DNA of 64,000 bases from contig JAPPOO010000076.1 in NCBI GenBank assembly GCA_028817875.1, positions 12,041 to 76,040 on the forward strand. The letters run 5' to 3'. Positions 35,686-45,020 of this stretch are shown in pieces. The first letter of the stretch is position 1; each line of letters begins with the position of its first letter. The stretch is from Alphaproteobacteria bacterium. Its GTDB lineage: Bacteria; Pseudomonadota; Alphaproteobacteria; UBA2136; JAPPOO01. The position numbers and the translations under genes were made by a program. The notes beneath the pieces are model-generated. The model was not told the DNA's origin. It ran no database searches and saw only the letters and a program-made list of their open reading frames with translations.

Positions 35686-38169
35686 GTGATGTACTTGCTG
35701 AAGCCTATTGCGGCAGCCTATAAATACTACCTAGCAAAACCAGTTTTGGTTTTGCTGGCGTTTTTAGGCATCTTTGCATTATCAATACATCACGCCCAAA
35801 ATTTTTATTATGATGCCTCGGCCGATACGCTAGTTGCAGAAAACGACCCTGACCTCAAATACTATCGGGAAGTCATAGAACATTTTGGTGAAGGCGCCTT
35901 TCTATTTTTAACGTACACACCAAAAGAGGAAGAGCTGCTTTCCACACCTGTGTTGGAAAGGCTTAATAAACTAGTTGCTGAACTTAAAGAAATAGAAGGC
36001 GTATCAGCTGTATCTTCTTTACTAGATGCCCCACTGCTCAAAAGTCCACCCATCCCTTTAGCCGAACTAGCCAATAACTACCGTACACTAAAATCCCCTG
36101 ATGTTGACTTTGGGGCTGCCTTAAAAGAGTTAACAACAAGCCCGCTGTTTAAAAACCTCCTTATTTCAGAAGATGGCCGCACAACAGCTTTAAGGATAGA
36201 CCTAAAGCCCGACCACGAATTAAACGAACTTTTGAAAAAGAGAAATGCTTTGAAGATGCTGGAAAACCCGACATCAGAAGAGCGCTCAAAGCTTGAAGCG
36301 GCAAAAACAGAGTACCGCAAAGCCTACGCAGAAAATGTGCAAGAAGTAGAGCGTGTCCTAACGGATATCCGAAAAGTTCAAAAATCCATCCAGTCCGAAG
36401 CAACCGTCTACTTAGGCGGTGTGCCGATGATTGCATCAGACATGATGCACTACGTCCAATCAGACATTATAACATTTGGCTCTGGTAGCCTTATCTTAAT
36501 GATGCTCATGCTCTTCCAATTCTTTAGAAAGCTACGCTGGGTGGTATTACCGGTGTTGACAACAGCATCTATTTTGCTTGTAACAACAGGGCTACTAGGG
36601 GCACTGCACAAGCCTGTAACGGTGGTTTCCTCTAACTTTATTTCGCTGTTAGCTATTTTATCCATTTCAATCGCTGTGCACCTCATCACGCGTTACCGCC
36701 TCTGTGTGGAAGAAAACCCTGATATGCCTCAAAGCGACATCGTGTACCGCACAATGTCAGCCAAAATAGCGCCGTGCCTCTACACAACACTTACAACAAT
36801 GGCAGGTTTTGCATCATTGTACGCCAGTAGTATTATTCCAGTGATGGATTTCGGCTGGCTTATGTGCGTAGGTATCGCCATTTCACTCGTTATTTTTTAC
36901 TTCTTCTTTCCCGTATTATTGGTCTTTTTACCAAAAGAAGAACTAGCCACGCCAGCGCGAGACAACAACACCCCACTTATCCGTTTCTCATACCACTTGG
37001 CGGCGGGTCACACATATAAAGTGTTGGTCTTTTCTGCAATATTACTTGTATTAACGTTTGTTGGTGTATCACGCCTAAGCTTAGATAATCGCTTTATCGA
37101 CTATTTCAAAAAAGATACTGAAATCCACCAAGGCCTTGCCTTTATTGATAAAAATCTAGGTGGAACCGTCCCAATGGATATCATTGTAGAATTTCCACCA
37201 TTTGTTGAAGAACCAGCCTTTGAAGAGGAAGACTTTTTTGATGATTTTGGGAGCGCGGAAGAAGATACATTCCCAGAGCGCTATTGGTTCACACCGGATA
37301 AAATTGAAGTTTTGCGTAAGTTAGAAGCTTACTTAGAAAGCCGCCCTGAAATTGGGAAAATCATTTCCCTCGCAACGCTGGAACTAATCGCACAAGAATT
37401 TAACAACGGAAAACCACTATCAGCCGTAGAAATTGTGGCGATTCTAAGTGCCTTGCCAGAAGGGGTACGTAAAGAATTCTTAATGCCATACGCCTCACCA
37501 AGGGCAGGGTTTATGAGAATCTCAACCCGTATTCATGAAACAGGCCCGCTCTTTTCAAGAGACCAGCTCATAAAAGACATTGAAGATTTCGCTAAAACAC
37601 TACCAAACTTAAATGGTGTGAATGTCAAAGTAACGGGTATGAACGTCCTTTTCAACGGCATGTTGCGGGAACTTTTAGCATCGCAAACATCAACACTATT
37701 CTTTGTTATATTGGCAACATTTACCATGTTCCTCATACTATTACGCTGCCCATTGTTGGCACTTATCGGCGTATTGCCTAACGTATTTTCAGCCTTTTTA
37801 ATCCTTGCGTTTATGGGCTTTGTTGGTATGCCGTTGGATATGATGACCATCACCATTGCTGCAATCGTTATTGGTATCGGGGTGGATGATGCAATCCACT
37901 ACCTCCATTTCTTTAGAGCAAGGTATGATGTTAACCAAGATGCTGATTTGGCCGTGCGAGAAAGCCACCGAGAGATTGGCCGCGCCCTGTATATAACATC
38001 CCTCACGGTGATGATTGGGTTCTCCATATTATGCGCGTCTAACTTTGTACCAACTGTTTACTTTGGTTTACTTTCTGCTATGGCCATGTTATTGGCGTTG
38101 CTAGCAAACTTAATTTTGCTACCGGCACTATTGCTGAAGTTATACGGTTCTAAAAAGGAAATATGCTAA
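35686..38169 (+). CDS. MMPL-family RND transporter, HpnN-like (827 aa)
   Basis: Two TM bundles (TM1 + loop + 5 TM, repeated) with sterol-sensing-domain-like bundles and large periplasmic loops; start abuts mlaA and stop abuts the mlaC-like gene. Confidence 0.75.
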   Translation: MMYLLKPIAAAYKYYLAKPVLVLLAFLGIFALSIHHAQNFYYDASADTLVAENDPDLKYYREVIEHFGEGAFLFLTYTPKEEELLSTPVLERLNKLVAELKEIEGVSAVSSLLDAPLLKSPPIPLAELANNYRTLKSPDVDFGAALKELTTSPLFKNLLISEDGRTTALRIDLKPDHELNELLKKRNALKMLENPTSEERSKLEAAKTEYRKAYAENVQEVERVLTDIRKVQKSIQSEATVYLGGVPMIASDMMHYVQSDIITFGSGSLILMMLMLFQFFRKLRWVVLPVLTTASILLVTTGLLGALHKPVTVVSSNFISLLAILSISIAVHLITRYRLCVEENPDMPQSDIVYRTMSAKIAPCLYTTLTTMAGFASLYASSIIPVMDFGWLMCVGIAISLVIFYFFFPVLLVFLPKEELATPARDNNTPLIRFSYHLAAGHTYKVLVFSAILLVLTFVGVSRLSLDNRFIDYFKKDTEIHQGLAFIDKNLGGTVPMDIIVEFPPFVEEPAFEEEDFFDDFGSAEEDTFPERYWFTPDKIEVLRKLEAYLESRPEIGKIISLATLELIAQEFNNGKPLSAVEIVAILSALPEGVRKEFLMPYASPRAGFMRISTRIHETGPLFSRDQLIKDIEDFAKTLPNLNGVNVKVTGMNVLFNGMLRELLASQTSTLFFVILATFTMFLILLRCPLLALIGVLPNVFSAFLILAFMGFVGMPLDMMTITIAAIVIGIGVDDAIHYLHFFRARYDVNQDADLAVRESHREIGRALYITSLTVMIGFSILCASNFVPTVYFGLLSAMAMLLALLANLILLPALLLKLYGSKKEIC

Positions 38170-38170
38170 A

Positions 38171-38797
38171 ATGACGCGGTTTTTAATAGGTTTGCTAACA
38201 CTCGTATGCTGGTTTAGCAGCGCAAATACACATGCAGAAGAAATGGCTGAGGCAGAGCTATACAACTTAGTCCGTGGGTCCTCTAACAAAATTTTGAACG
38301 CAATGACCGTTGAAGGGGATGCTGCATCCAAAAAAGAAAAAATCCGCGGCGTATTAGAAGAGGTGCTGGAACCGCTTGTTGATTTTGAATCCATCTCAAA
38401 AGCAGTTATGGGTAAACACTACAGTATGGCTACAGAAGAGCAACGCAAAGAGTTTACCAACGTATTGCAAGAAACAATGGTGGGGCTTTACACCAAGGTA
38501 TTGGTGAATTTTGAAATAGATGAACTGAAGGTTGAACGTCCTAACCTAAACAGCCCGTTTAAAGGGTCTGTAAGTATGAAAGTAACGGCAGGCAATGGCG
38601 CCGTTTACAACATAGTTTACAGTGTACGCCAAAGCCCAGAAGGGGAGTGGAAAGTGCGTAATGTTATTTTGGACGGCATTAACCTTGGCTTAACATACCG
38701 TAATCAATTCTATAGCGCGGCAAATAGCTTTAATAGTGATTTAGATAAAGTCATTTCCACATGGGGAAATGACGAAAAAACAGCTTCAGCAAACTAA
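38171..38797 (+). CDS. MlaC/Ttg2D-family periplasmic lipid-binding protein (208 aa)
   Basis: Signal peptide; …DFESISKAVMGKHYSMATEEQRKEFTNVLQETMVGLYTKVL… and …EWKVRNVILDGINLGLTYRNQF… match the Tgt2/MlaC pattern. Confidence 0.7.
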   Translation: MTRFLIGLLTLVCWFSSANTHAEEMAEAELYNLVRGSSNKILNAMTVEGDAASKKEKIRGVLEEVLEPLVDFESISKAVMGKHYSMATEEQRKEFTNVLQETMVGLYTKVLVNFEIDELKVERPNLNSPFKGSVSMKVTAGNGAVYNIVYSVRQSPEGEWKVRNVILDGINLGLTYRNQFYSAANSFNSDLDKVISTWGNDEKTASAN

Positions 38798-38812
38798 ATA
38801 CCAAACAGCGGT

Positions 38813-40234
38813 TTAACCAACATCAACAACACGTAGAATATTTGTTGTACCAGATTGTCCAAAAGGTACCCCAGCCGTAACAACCAACTGCCCATCATCA
38901 GCCGTTAAACCGTTTTTTTGAGCTGTTTCTTGCGTCAATTGAACCATATGGTCTTCGCTGGTTGCATGCGGGCTGTAACAGGCTTTAACGCCCCATACAA
39001 TACCCAGCTGTTGAGCAATATGTGGATAAGGCGTTAAACAATAAACAGGGTGGCTAGGCCGCCAGCGGGAAACCCGTAAAGCTGTACCGCCTGTTTCCGT
39101 AAAAGTTACAATCGCCGCCGCTTGAATTGTCTCCGCCGTATGGCAAGCTGCTGCCGTAATAGCATCCCGTACTTCGGGTTGTGGGGAAGGCATACGCGCA
39201 TCCACCAAAGGCCCCCATGCGCTAGATTTTTCAACACGCGCAATGGTCTTCGCCATCACTTCTACAGCCTCAGCGGGGTATTTTCCAGCGGCACTTTCAG
39301 CTGAAAGCATCAAACAATCCGCCCCTTCATAAGTGGCATTGGCAATATCCGTCACTTCTGCGCGGGTCGGGGTAGGGTTTTGAATCATAGATTCCAACAT
39401 CTGCGTTGCCACAACTACGGGCTTCCCAGCTTTGCGGCACAACCTAATAATTTTTTTCTGAATCGGTGGAATTTCCTCCGGCGGCAATTCAACGCCCAAA
39501 TCTCCACGGGCAATCATAATACCGTCAGTTGCCTCAATAATAGATTCAATATTATCAATCGCTGCCGCTGTTTCAATTTTCGCCATAAGCTTAACATGCG
39601 CGTCAGGCCTGTATTGCTTAATCAAATCCCGTGCTTCTGCAATATCTGTCGCGCGTTGTACAAAAGAAAGAGCAATCCAGTCAGGCTCAATATCCAACAA
39701 GCCAAATTGAAGGTCTTTTTTATCTTTATCCATTAAAGCTGTGCAGGGCAAATCACGTCCGGGAATATTAATCCCCTTGCGGCTGCTTAAAACCGCATTG
39801 TTTAAAACAGTGCAGGTTGCTTGTGTTGAAGAACAAGCCGTTACTTCCAAACGAAGCAAGCCATCATTCACAAAAAGAACATCACCCACCTGCAACATGG
39901 CTAAAATATCAGGGTGAGGCAAACACACACGCTCAGCCGTACCAGGGGTGGGGTCATCATCCAGTACCAAAGTATCCCCTTTATTTAAAGAAACAGGCTC
40001 CAACATATCCCCTACACGGATTTTAGGCCCCTGTAAGTCCTGTAGTAGAGCAATAGCAATGCTTTCTTCTTTAGCAACTTGCCGTACAAGCTGAGCCGTT
40101 TGCAGGTGGCGAGCGTGTTCACCGTGGGAGAAATTAAGACGAAAGCCATTCACACCAGCGCGGATAAGGGTACGGATACCATCTTCATGCCAACTGGAAG
40201 GGCCAAGAGTTGCAAGTATTTTAGCGTGTCGCAT
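38813..40234 (-). CDS. pyk: pyruvate kinase (473 aa)
   Basis: MRHAKILATLGPSS…, …MIARGDLGVE…, …ATQMLESM… motifs. Confidence 0.9.
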   Translation of the reverse strand: MRHAKILATLGPSSWHEDGIRTLIRAGVNGFRLNFSHGEHARHLQTAQLVRQVAKEESIAIALLQDLQGPKIRVGDMLEPVSLNKGDTLVLDDDPTPGTAERVCLPHPDILAMLQVGDVLFVNDGLLRLEVTACSSTQATCTVLNNAVLSSRKGINIPGRDLPCTALMDKDKKDLQFGLLDIEPDWIALSFVQRATDIAEARDLIKQYRPDAHVKLMAKIETAAAIDNIESIIEATDGIMIARGDLGVELPPEEIPPIQKKIIRLCRKAGKPVVVATQMLESMIQNPTPTRAEVTDIANATYEGADCLMLSAESAAGKYPAEAVEVMAKTIARVEKSSAWGPLVDARMPSPQPEVRDAITAAACHTAETIQAAAIVTFTETGGTALRVSRWRPSHPVYCLTPYPHIAQQLGIVWGVKACYSPHATSEDHMVQLTQETAQKNGLTADDGQLVVTAGVPFGQSGTTNILRVVDVG

Positions 40235-40367
40235 GGGGGCAATCTTTCATATAAAAACAATGATGTACTGGTTAGCACACTAATAACGTAAAGAAAAGAG
40301 GCCAGCTACGCACCTGCACAAAACAAAAGCAGCCTTAAAAAAGGCTGCTTTGTAGAGAGTTATTAAG

Positions 40368-41699
40368 TTATTTCCAAAGAGACAAGGCTCTCACCACATC
40401 TAAAGCACGGGTAAGTTGGAAGTCATTCTCACGCTTCTTGGCATCGCCAGCGGTACGCTTCTTCTCTTCATCTTCCTCCTCATCACCATCCTTCTTGCTG
40501 CCCTTTTTACCTTTCTTTTTCTCATCGTCAGAAAGCGTAATGTGGCCACGTAAAGATGCTTCGCTTGGGTAGCCTTCAACTTCAACCTCTTCAACCTTCT
40601 TAATCGGCTTCACTTCAATATCAGGCTCAATCCCTTTGGCTTGAATACTGCGTCCTGAAGGCGTGTAGTACAGCGCAGTTGTTAAGCGCATACCAGCACC
40701 ACCAGGCAAGTGCATAATGGTTTGTACAGAACCCTTACCGAAGGACTTCGTGCCCAAAACAATCGCTCGTTTGTGGTCTTGCAAAGCACCGGCTACAATC
40801 TCAGAAGCACTGGCAGAACCACCGTTCACCAACACAACAATGGGCTTACCATCCAAGATATCACCATGGCGCGCCGTGTAACGGCTATTTTGGTTTGTTA
40901 GGCGTCCACGGGTGGAAACAATCTCACCGTTATTCAAAAAGGCATCAGCCACAGCCACAGCTTGTGTTAACAAACCACCAGGGTTATTCCGTAAGTCCAA
41001 TACAATCCCTGTCAACGGTGCATCGTTTTCGTCTTCCATACGCGCCAAATGTTCCTTCATGCTACGGTCAGTATTATCATTGAAGGACGTAATACGTAGG
41101 TAGCCAATACCATCTTTCTCCAAACGAGACTTCACAGGCTTAATCTTAATAATTGCGCGCGTAATGGTAATATCTAAAGTCTTTTGCTCACTTTCACGGA
41201 ACACTTTAATGTAGATATCTGTCCCTGGTTTACCGCGCATACGGTCAACCGAGTCAGAAAGCGTCATACCCTGCACGTCTTCATCGTCAATTTTAATAAT
41301 TAAGTCACCAGCCTCAATACCAGCCTCGTAAGCAGGGGTGTCTTCAATGGGGGCAACAACGCGCACCAAGCCTTTTTCCATAGTAACTTCAATACCCAAG
41401 CCGCCAAACTCGCCCTTGGTCTGCTCTCTCAAACCTTGGAAATCTTCTTCATTTAAATAGGCAGAATGCGGGTCAAGCGCTGTGAGCATACCGTTAATGG
41501 CATTCTCAATAACTACGGTTTCTGTCACTTCTTCCACATAAGCAACGCGGATTTTTTCCAAAACATCGGCAAAAACATTCAGTTTTTCGTAAACTTCTTT
41601 ATCTACGCCAGCTTTGGCAGCAAAGGAAGTAACGGGAAGAACAAGAGCGGCAGAGAGTAAAAGCGCGCGCACAGGCGTAAAAATCATTGGAGGCACCAT
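40368..41699 (-). CDS. ctpA: C-terminal processing peptidase, S41 family (about 443 aa)
   Basis: Signal peptide (start moved to the internal ATG MVPPMIF…), PDZ domain, S41 catalytic region (…GVVLDLRNNPGG…, …LVNGGSASASEI…); acidic and Lys-rich C-terminal tail. Confidence 0.85.
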   Translation of the reverse strand: MVPPMIFTPVRALLLSAALVLPVTSFAAKAGVDKEVYEKLNVFADVLEKIRVAYVEEVTETVVIENAINGMLTALDPHSAYLNEEDFQGLREQTKGEFGGLGIEVTMEKGLVRVVAPIEDTPAYEAGIEAGDLIIKIDDEDVQGMTLSDSVDRMRGKPGTDIYIKVFRESEQKTLDITITRAIIKIKPVKSRLEKDGIGYLRITSFNDNTDRSMKEHLARMEDENDAPLTGIVLDLRNNPGGLLTQAVAVADAFLNNGEIVSTRGRLTNQNSRYTARHGDILDGKPIVVLVNGGSASASEIVAGALQDHKRAIVLGTKSFGKGSVQTIMHLPGGAGMRLTTALYYTPSGRSIQAKGIEPDIEVKPIKKVEEVEVEGYPSEASLRGHITLSDDEKKKGKKGSKKDGDEEEDEEKKRTAGDAKKRENDFQLTRALDVVRALSLWK

Positions 41700-41913
41700 T
41701 GTTATTATAGATTCAAGTCTAATTTTACGTAATTTATACAACCCATTCTGGCGGAAGTCAAAAGGCTTGTCTAGTAAGAAGGCGCCACGGCACACCTCAC
41801 AAAAAAGTTGCACATAAATCATATGTAGTATACATGAAGGCTACTGAATTCAGGGATATTAAAAACCCTGAGTTGAAACAACTTCAAAATCATTTATCCG
41901 TTAGGAGCTAACT

Positions 41914-42567
41914 ATGCTTAAGAAACTAAGCCTATTTTCTATTGTCTCCACTCTTTGTGTAACAATGCTTGCTCTGCAAACATCACCTACACAAGCCGAA
42001 ACAGGCAAAGACGCTATCTTTGTAGATTGGCTTTGGCACGCAAGTAAAAAGTGGTGCGAGAGAAACTCCAAAACAACCAAAATCGCAAAAGGTATGAGCG
42101 ATTACGACAAAGCAAAAAGATGCATTCCTGCGTTTGCAGCAATGACGCAAGGCAAACAAGGTAAAACCCCGTACAAGCTTAAAATTGACGGAGCAGTCAT
42201 AGGGTTTGATAACATTGACGAGCGCTACTCGCTCTTTATTGTTGAAATAAAAACACCCAAGAAAAAAGGTAGTAAAAAATACGACGTCTACCGTGTTAAG
42301 CAAACTGTTTTTTACGGCCCAAGGGGTGATTACAACGGGCGTTATATAGTTGGAGCGTTTTGGAACGGCAAGGGTATTATGAGGCTTGTGAGTAACAACG
42401 GTATTTCACAAACAGAATTCCCCAGAACAATCCAAAACGGGGAGTGTCGCACAAACGAAACCCATTTGGGGCTGGAAGCATCCAACCTTGAAGACAGTCG
42501 TCAAATTCTTCGAGAAATAGCAGGTGCTTGGGCTGCTCTAGAAGGAGTCAAAGTGAAAACAAACTAG
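41914..42567 (+). CDS. hypothetical secreted protein (217 aa)
   Basis: Signal peptide MLKKLSLFSIVSTLCVTMLALQTSPTQA; no family recognised. Confidence 0.4.
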   Translation: MLKKLSLFSIVSTLCVTMLALQTSPTQAETGKDAIFVDWLWHASKKWCERNSKTTKIAKGMSDYDKAKRCIPAFAAMTQGKQGKTPYKLKIDGAVIGFDNIDERYSLFIVEIKTPKKKGSKKYDVYRVKQTVFYGPRGDYNGRYIVGAFWNGKGIMRLVSNNGISQTEFPRTIQNGECRTNETHLGLEASNLEDSRQILREIAGAWAALEGVKVKTN

Positions 42568-42645
42568 TTCTCCCATTTTCTTAAAACTTTAAAAAATCGA
42601 TTAAGACCTCTAGCCTATGCGCTGGGGGTCTTAATCTTTTACGGC

Positions 42646-43257
42646 TTAGCTATTTTGCTGCTTGGCCATACATTTTTTGTAATAACTTCTGTCAAGGGTA
42701 GCTCTCAGCGCATACAGCAAAGTCCATAAAGCGGATATTCCCAGCAGCACGCTAAAAAAGCCTGCAAGGTAAACAGTAAACATTTCGTCCTCACCTTTAA
42801 TACGTTGTGCGGGTTCTTTCGTATTAATCCCAAAAAAGCTGGTAATAGGTAGCAAATAGTCTGGGTAGTTTGGCACAATACTACGCTCTAAACGGAAGGA
42901 TGACGGATCGTTCTTGAGTGATTTCCAAAGGTCTTGGTAAACAGTTCTGCTATCTTGAGTAACACCGTCTAAAGTATCCGAATATTCAAAGTTTACAATG
43001 TAGTAATACGTACAGTTTCTATTGTGGTTACTGTCATAGCGGCATTCGTCTTGACGGTCAAATCCCGTGATTTTCCCGGGTATTTCAGCTTCAGGGGTAG
43101 AGAAGGATTGTTCGTATGTATATACCGTATAAGCAATAGAGCCTGCAAGCAGAGAGCCGGCGCCAAAAGGAACGATAAGAAAAGTCGTCATAACCAATAA
43201 AAATAAAAGCCTTTTTCCAAAGTTAGCGCTGGTGTCGCGTTGGTATTTTATGGCCAT
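42646..43257 (-). CDS. hypothetical two-TM membrane protein (about 203 aa)
   Basis: Internal ATG (MAIKYQRD…) chosen because of a GGAGG RBS, which avoids overlap with the upstream M23 gene. Confidence 0.4.
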   Translation of the reverse strand: MAIKYQRDTSANFGKRLLFLLVMTTFLIVPFGAGSLLAGSIAYTVYTYEQSFSTPEAEIPGKITGFDRQDECRYDSNHNRNCTYYYIVNFEYSDTLDGVTQDSRTVYQDLWKSLKNDPSSFRLERSIVPNYPDYLLPITSFFGINTKEPAQRIKGEDEMFTVYLAGFFSVLLGISALWTLLYALRATLDRSYYKKCMAKQQNS

Positions 43258-43285
43258 GGTATTTCCTCCATTAATGTTAATGCTA

Positions 43286-44266
43286 CTAAAACTGGGGCGC
43301 AACAGGTTGGTCGTTACGACGTGCTTCGTAATATAAATAAGGCTTTTCAGTATTAGGAAGGGCACCTAAAGCATCTCCCGCTGCAATACGTTGACCCACG
43401 CGAACACTTGGGTAGTCCAGCCCACCGTAAATATCATGCTCGTGCTCACTGCTGCCAACAATCACCAACCAGCCGTAATCTCTAAAAGGGCCACTAAAAA
43501 GAATAGCCCCACCGTTAAGGGCTGTAACCGTTGTACCGGGGGTTGCTAAAATAGTCGTACCATCTTGCTCCCCAAACGGTTGGGTAATAAAACCTTCAAC
43601 AGGCTTGCCGTGCGGTAAAGCAACTAAGTTTTGCTTTTCAGAGGGCGTGACATCAACCTTCTGCGCCTTGGGTAGTGCAGTTTTTAACTTTTTAGCAAGG
43701 GAAGTATCTTGCTTGCTAAGGCGCTCTAGCTGTTTTTGGTAAAGGGCGCGGATGCGGTCGCGTTTTGTCTGAACATGCAAAGCCGTTTCCGATTGCTGCG
43801 CGACAAGGTTGTTCATTTGCTGCTCCATTTTCAGAAGCTCACTTAGTCGTTTTTGCTGGTTCTCTAAAGAGGTAGAAAGCGCGCGCTGCCCCTGCTTTAA
43901 AAGACCTGCGCGAGGCACTTGTGGCGTGCCTAGGTCAGCTAACATCTGAGCCTGCCATGGAAAGCGGGCAATGCGGAGCATTTCACGCGTGGTCACATCC
44001 AGTTGGCTAACGTCATTCATCATTTTTTGCCGTGCGTGTGCTAATTTAGTGCGTGTTTCATCCAAATTGGCGTTTAATTGTACTAAATTTGCCTTTTTTT
44101 GCTCTAAATTACCCTCTAAATCATCCAAGGTGTTTGCGTAATTTTCTAACTGTTTCAATAACTTGGGGGATACGTCCTCCGCCAAGGCATAGCCACTCAA
44201 AACCAAAAAAAACAACCCAAAAAATCGCATAACCGTCAGAATAATAAAGGATAAAAATAAACGCAA
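43286..44266 (-). CDS. M23-family peptidoglycan metalloendopeptidase with N-terminal coiled coil (EnvC-like, 326 aa)
   Basis: Signal/TM, long coiled coil (…LENYANTLDDLEGNLEQKKANLVQL…), C-terminal M23 domain (…GVDYP…HEHDIYGG…). Confidence 0.75.
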   Translation of the reverse strand: MRLFLSFIILTVMRFFGLFFLVLSGYALAEDVSPKLLKQLENYANTLDDLEGNLEQKKANLVQLNANLDETRTKLAHARQKMMNDVSQLDVTTREMLRIARFPWQAQMLADLGTPQVPRAGLLKQGQRALSTSLENQQKRLSELLKMEQQMNNLVAQQSETALHVQTKRDRIRALYQKQLERLSKQDTSLAKKLKTALPKAQKVDVTPSEKQNLVALPHGKPVEGFITQPFGEQDGTTILATPGTTVTALNGGAILFSGPFRDYGWLVIVGSSEHEHDIYGGLDYPSVRVGQRIAAGDALGALPNTEKPYLYYEARRNDQPVAPQF

Positions 44267-44271
44267 AGCAA

Positions 44272-44736
44272 TTATTCTCGGTGATATGGGTGCCCTGCTA
44301 AAATTGTTGCTGAACGGTAAATTTGTTCCAGCATCACCACCCGCGCCATTTGGTGCGGCAACGTTAAGGCTGAAAGTGATAAAATAAAATCTGCCCGCTG
44401 CCGTACGTCATCTGAAAGGCCCTCAGCGCCGCCAATAATAAAGCATAATTGAGCGCTTCCAGTGTCCCGCCAAGTTTGAATTTTCTCTGCTAATTTCTGT
44501 GTTGTTGGTTGTTTGCCTCGTTCATCTAAGGCAATGACAACGCTATTGTTTGGTATTTTAGCAAGTTGTACAATGGATTCTTGCTGTTTAATTTGCACAG
44601 CAGAGTTAGATTTGCTCTGAGGAAGTTCAATGATAGATGTTGGAAAATAAGCGTTTAAACGCTTTTGATATAAATCAGAAAGCTCCAACAAAGGGCCTTT
44701 TTTAGGTTTCCCGGTGGCAATAACAGTTATTTTCAT
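44272..44736 (-). CDS. rlmH: 23S rRNA (pseudouridine1915-N3)-methyltransferase RlmH (about 154 aa)
   Basis: SPOUT fold motifs (MKITVIATGK…, …VIALDERGK…, …FIIGGAEGLS…). Confidence 0.85.
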   Translation of the reverse strand: MKITVIATGKPKKGPLLELSDLYQKRLNAYFPTSIIELPQSKSNSAVQIKQQESIVQLAKIPNNSVVIALDERGKQPTTQKLAEKIQTWRDTGSAQLCFIIGGAEGLSDDVRQRADFILSLSALTLPHQMARVVMLEQIYRSATILAGHPYHRE

Positions 44737-44814
44737 AACTAGGCTATAGCGCATACGTAGCTTAAAATAAAGTTAAGGATACAAATTGCTGTAGTGCAAA
44801 AGCTATGCTAAATT

Positions 44815-44906
44815 CCGCCCGCCGGTATGGACGTCCCCAGCTGTGAACCCCGTCAGGCCCGGAAGGGAGCAGCGGCAACGGTATGGAGCGGGTCGTGCCG
44901 GCTCAT
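44815..44906 (+). ncRNA. ffs: signal recognition particle RNA (small 4.5S-type SRP RNA, ffs)
   Basis: Conserved domain IV motif …GUGAACCCCGUCAGGCCCGGAAGGGAGCAGC… with closing gccgg/ccggc terminal helix; -35/-10-like elements (ttgctg…tatgct) just upstream. Confidence 0.65.
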
Positions 44907-45020
44907 CGTTTCATAAAACCCACACACCCCTGTTGAAGCATATTAAGGCGGTTGTATTTGCTGACAGGTAAGGTATTATCGGGTTGCGAAACAATAAAAG
45001 TTCCGAAATAATACTCGACA

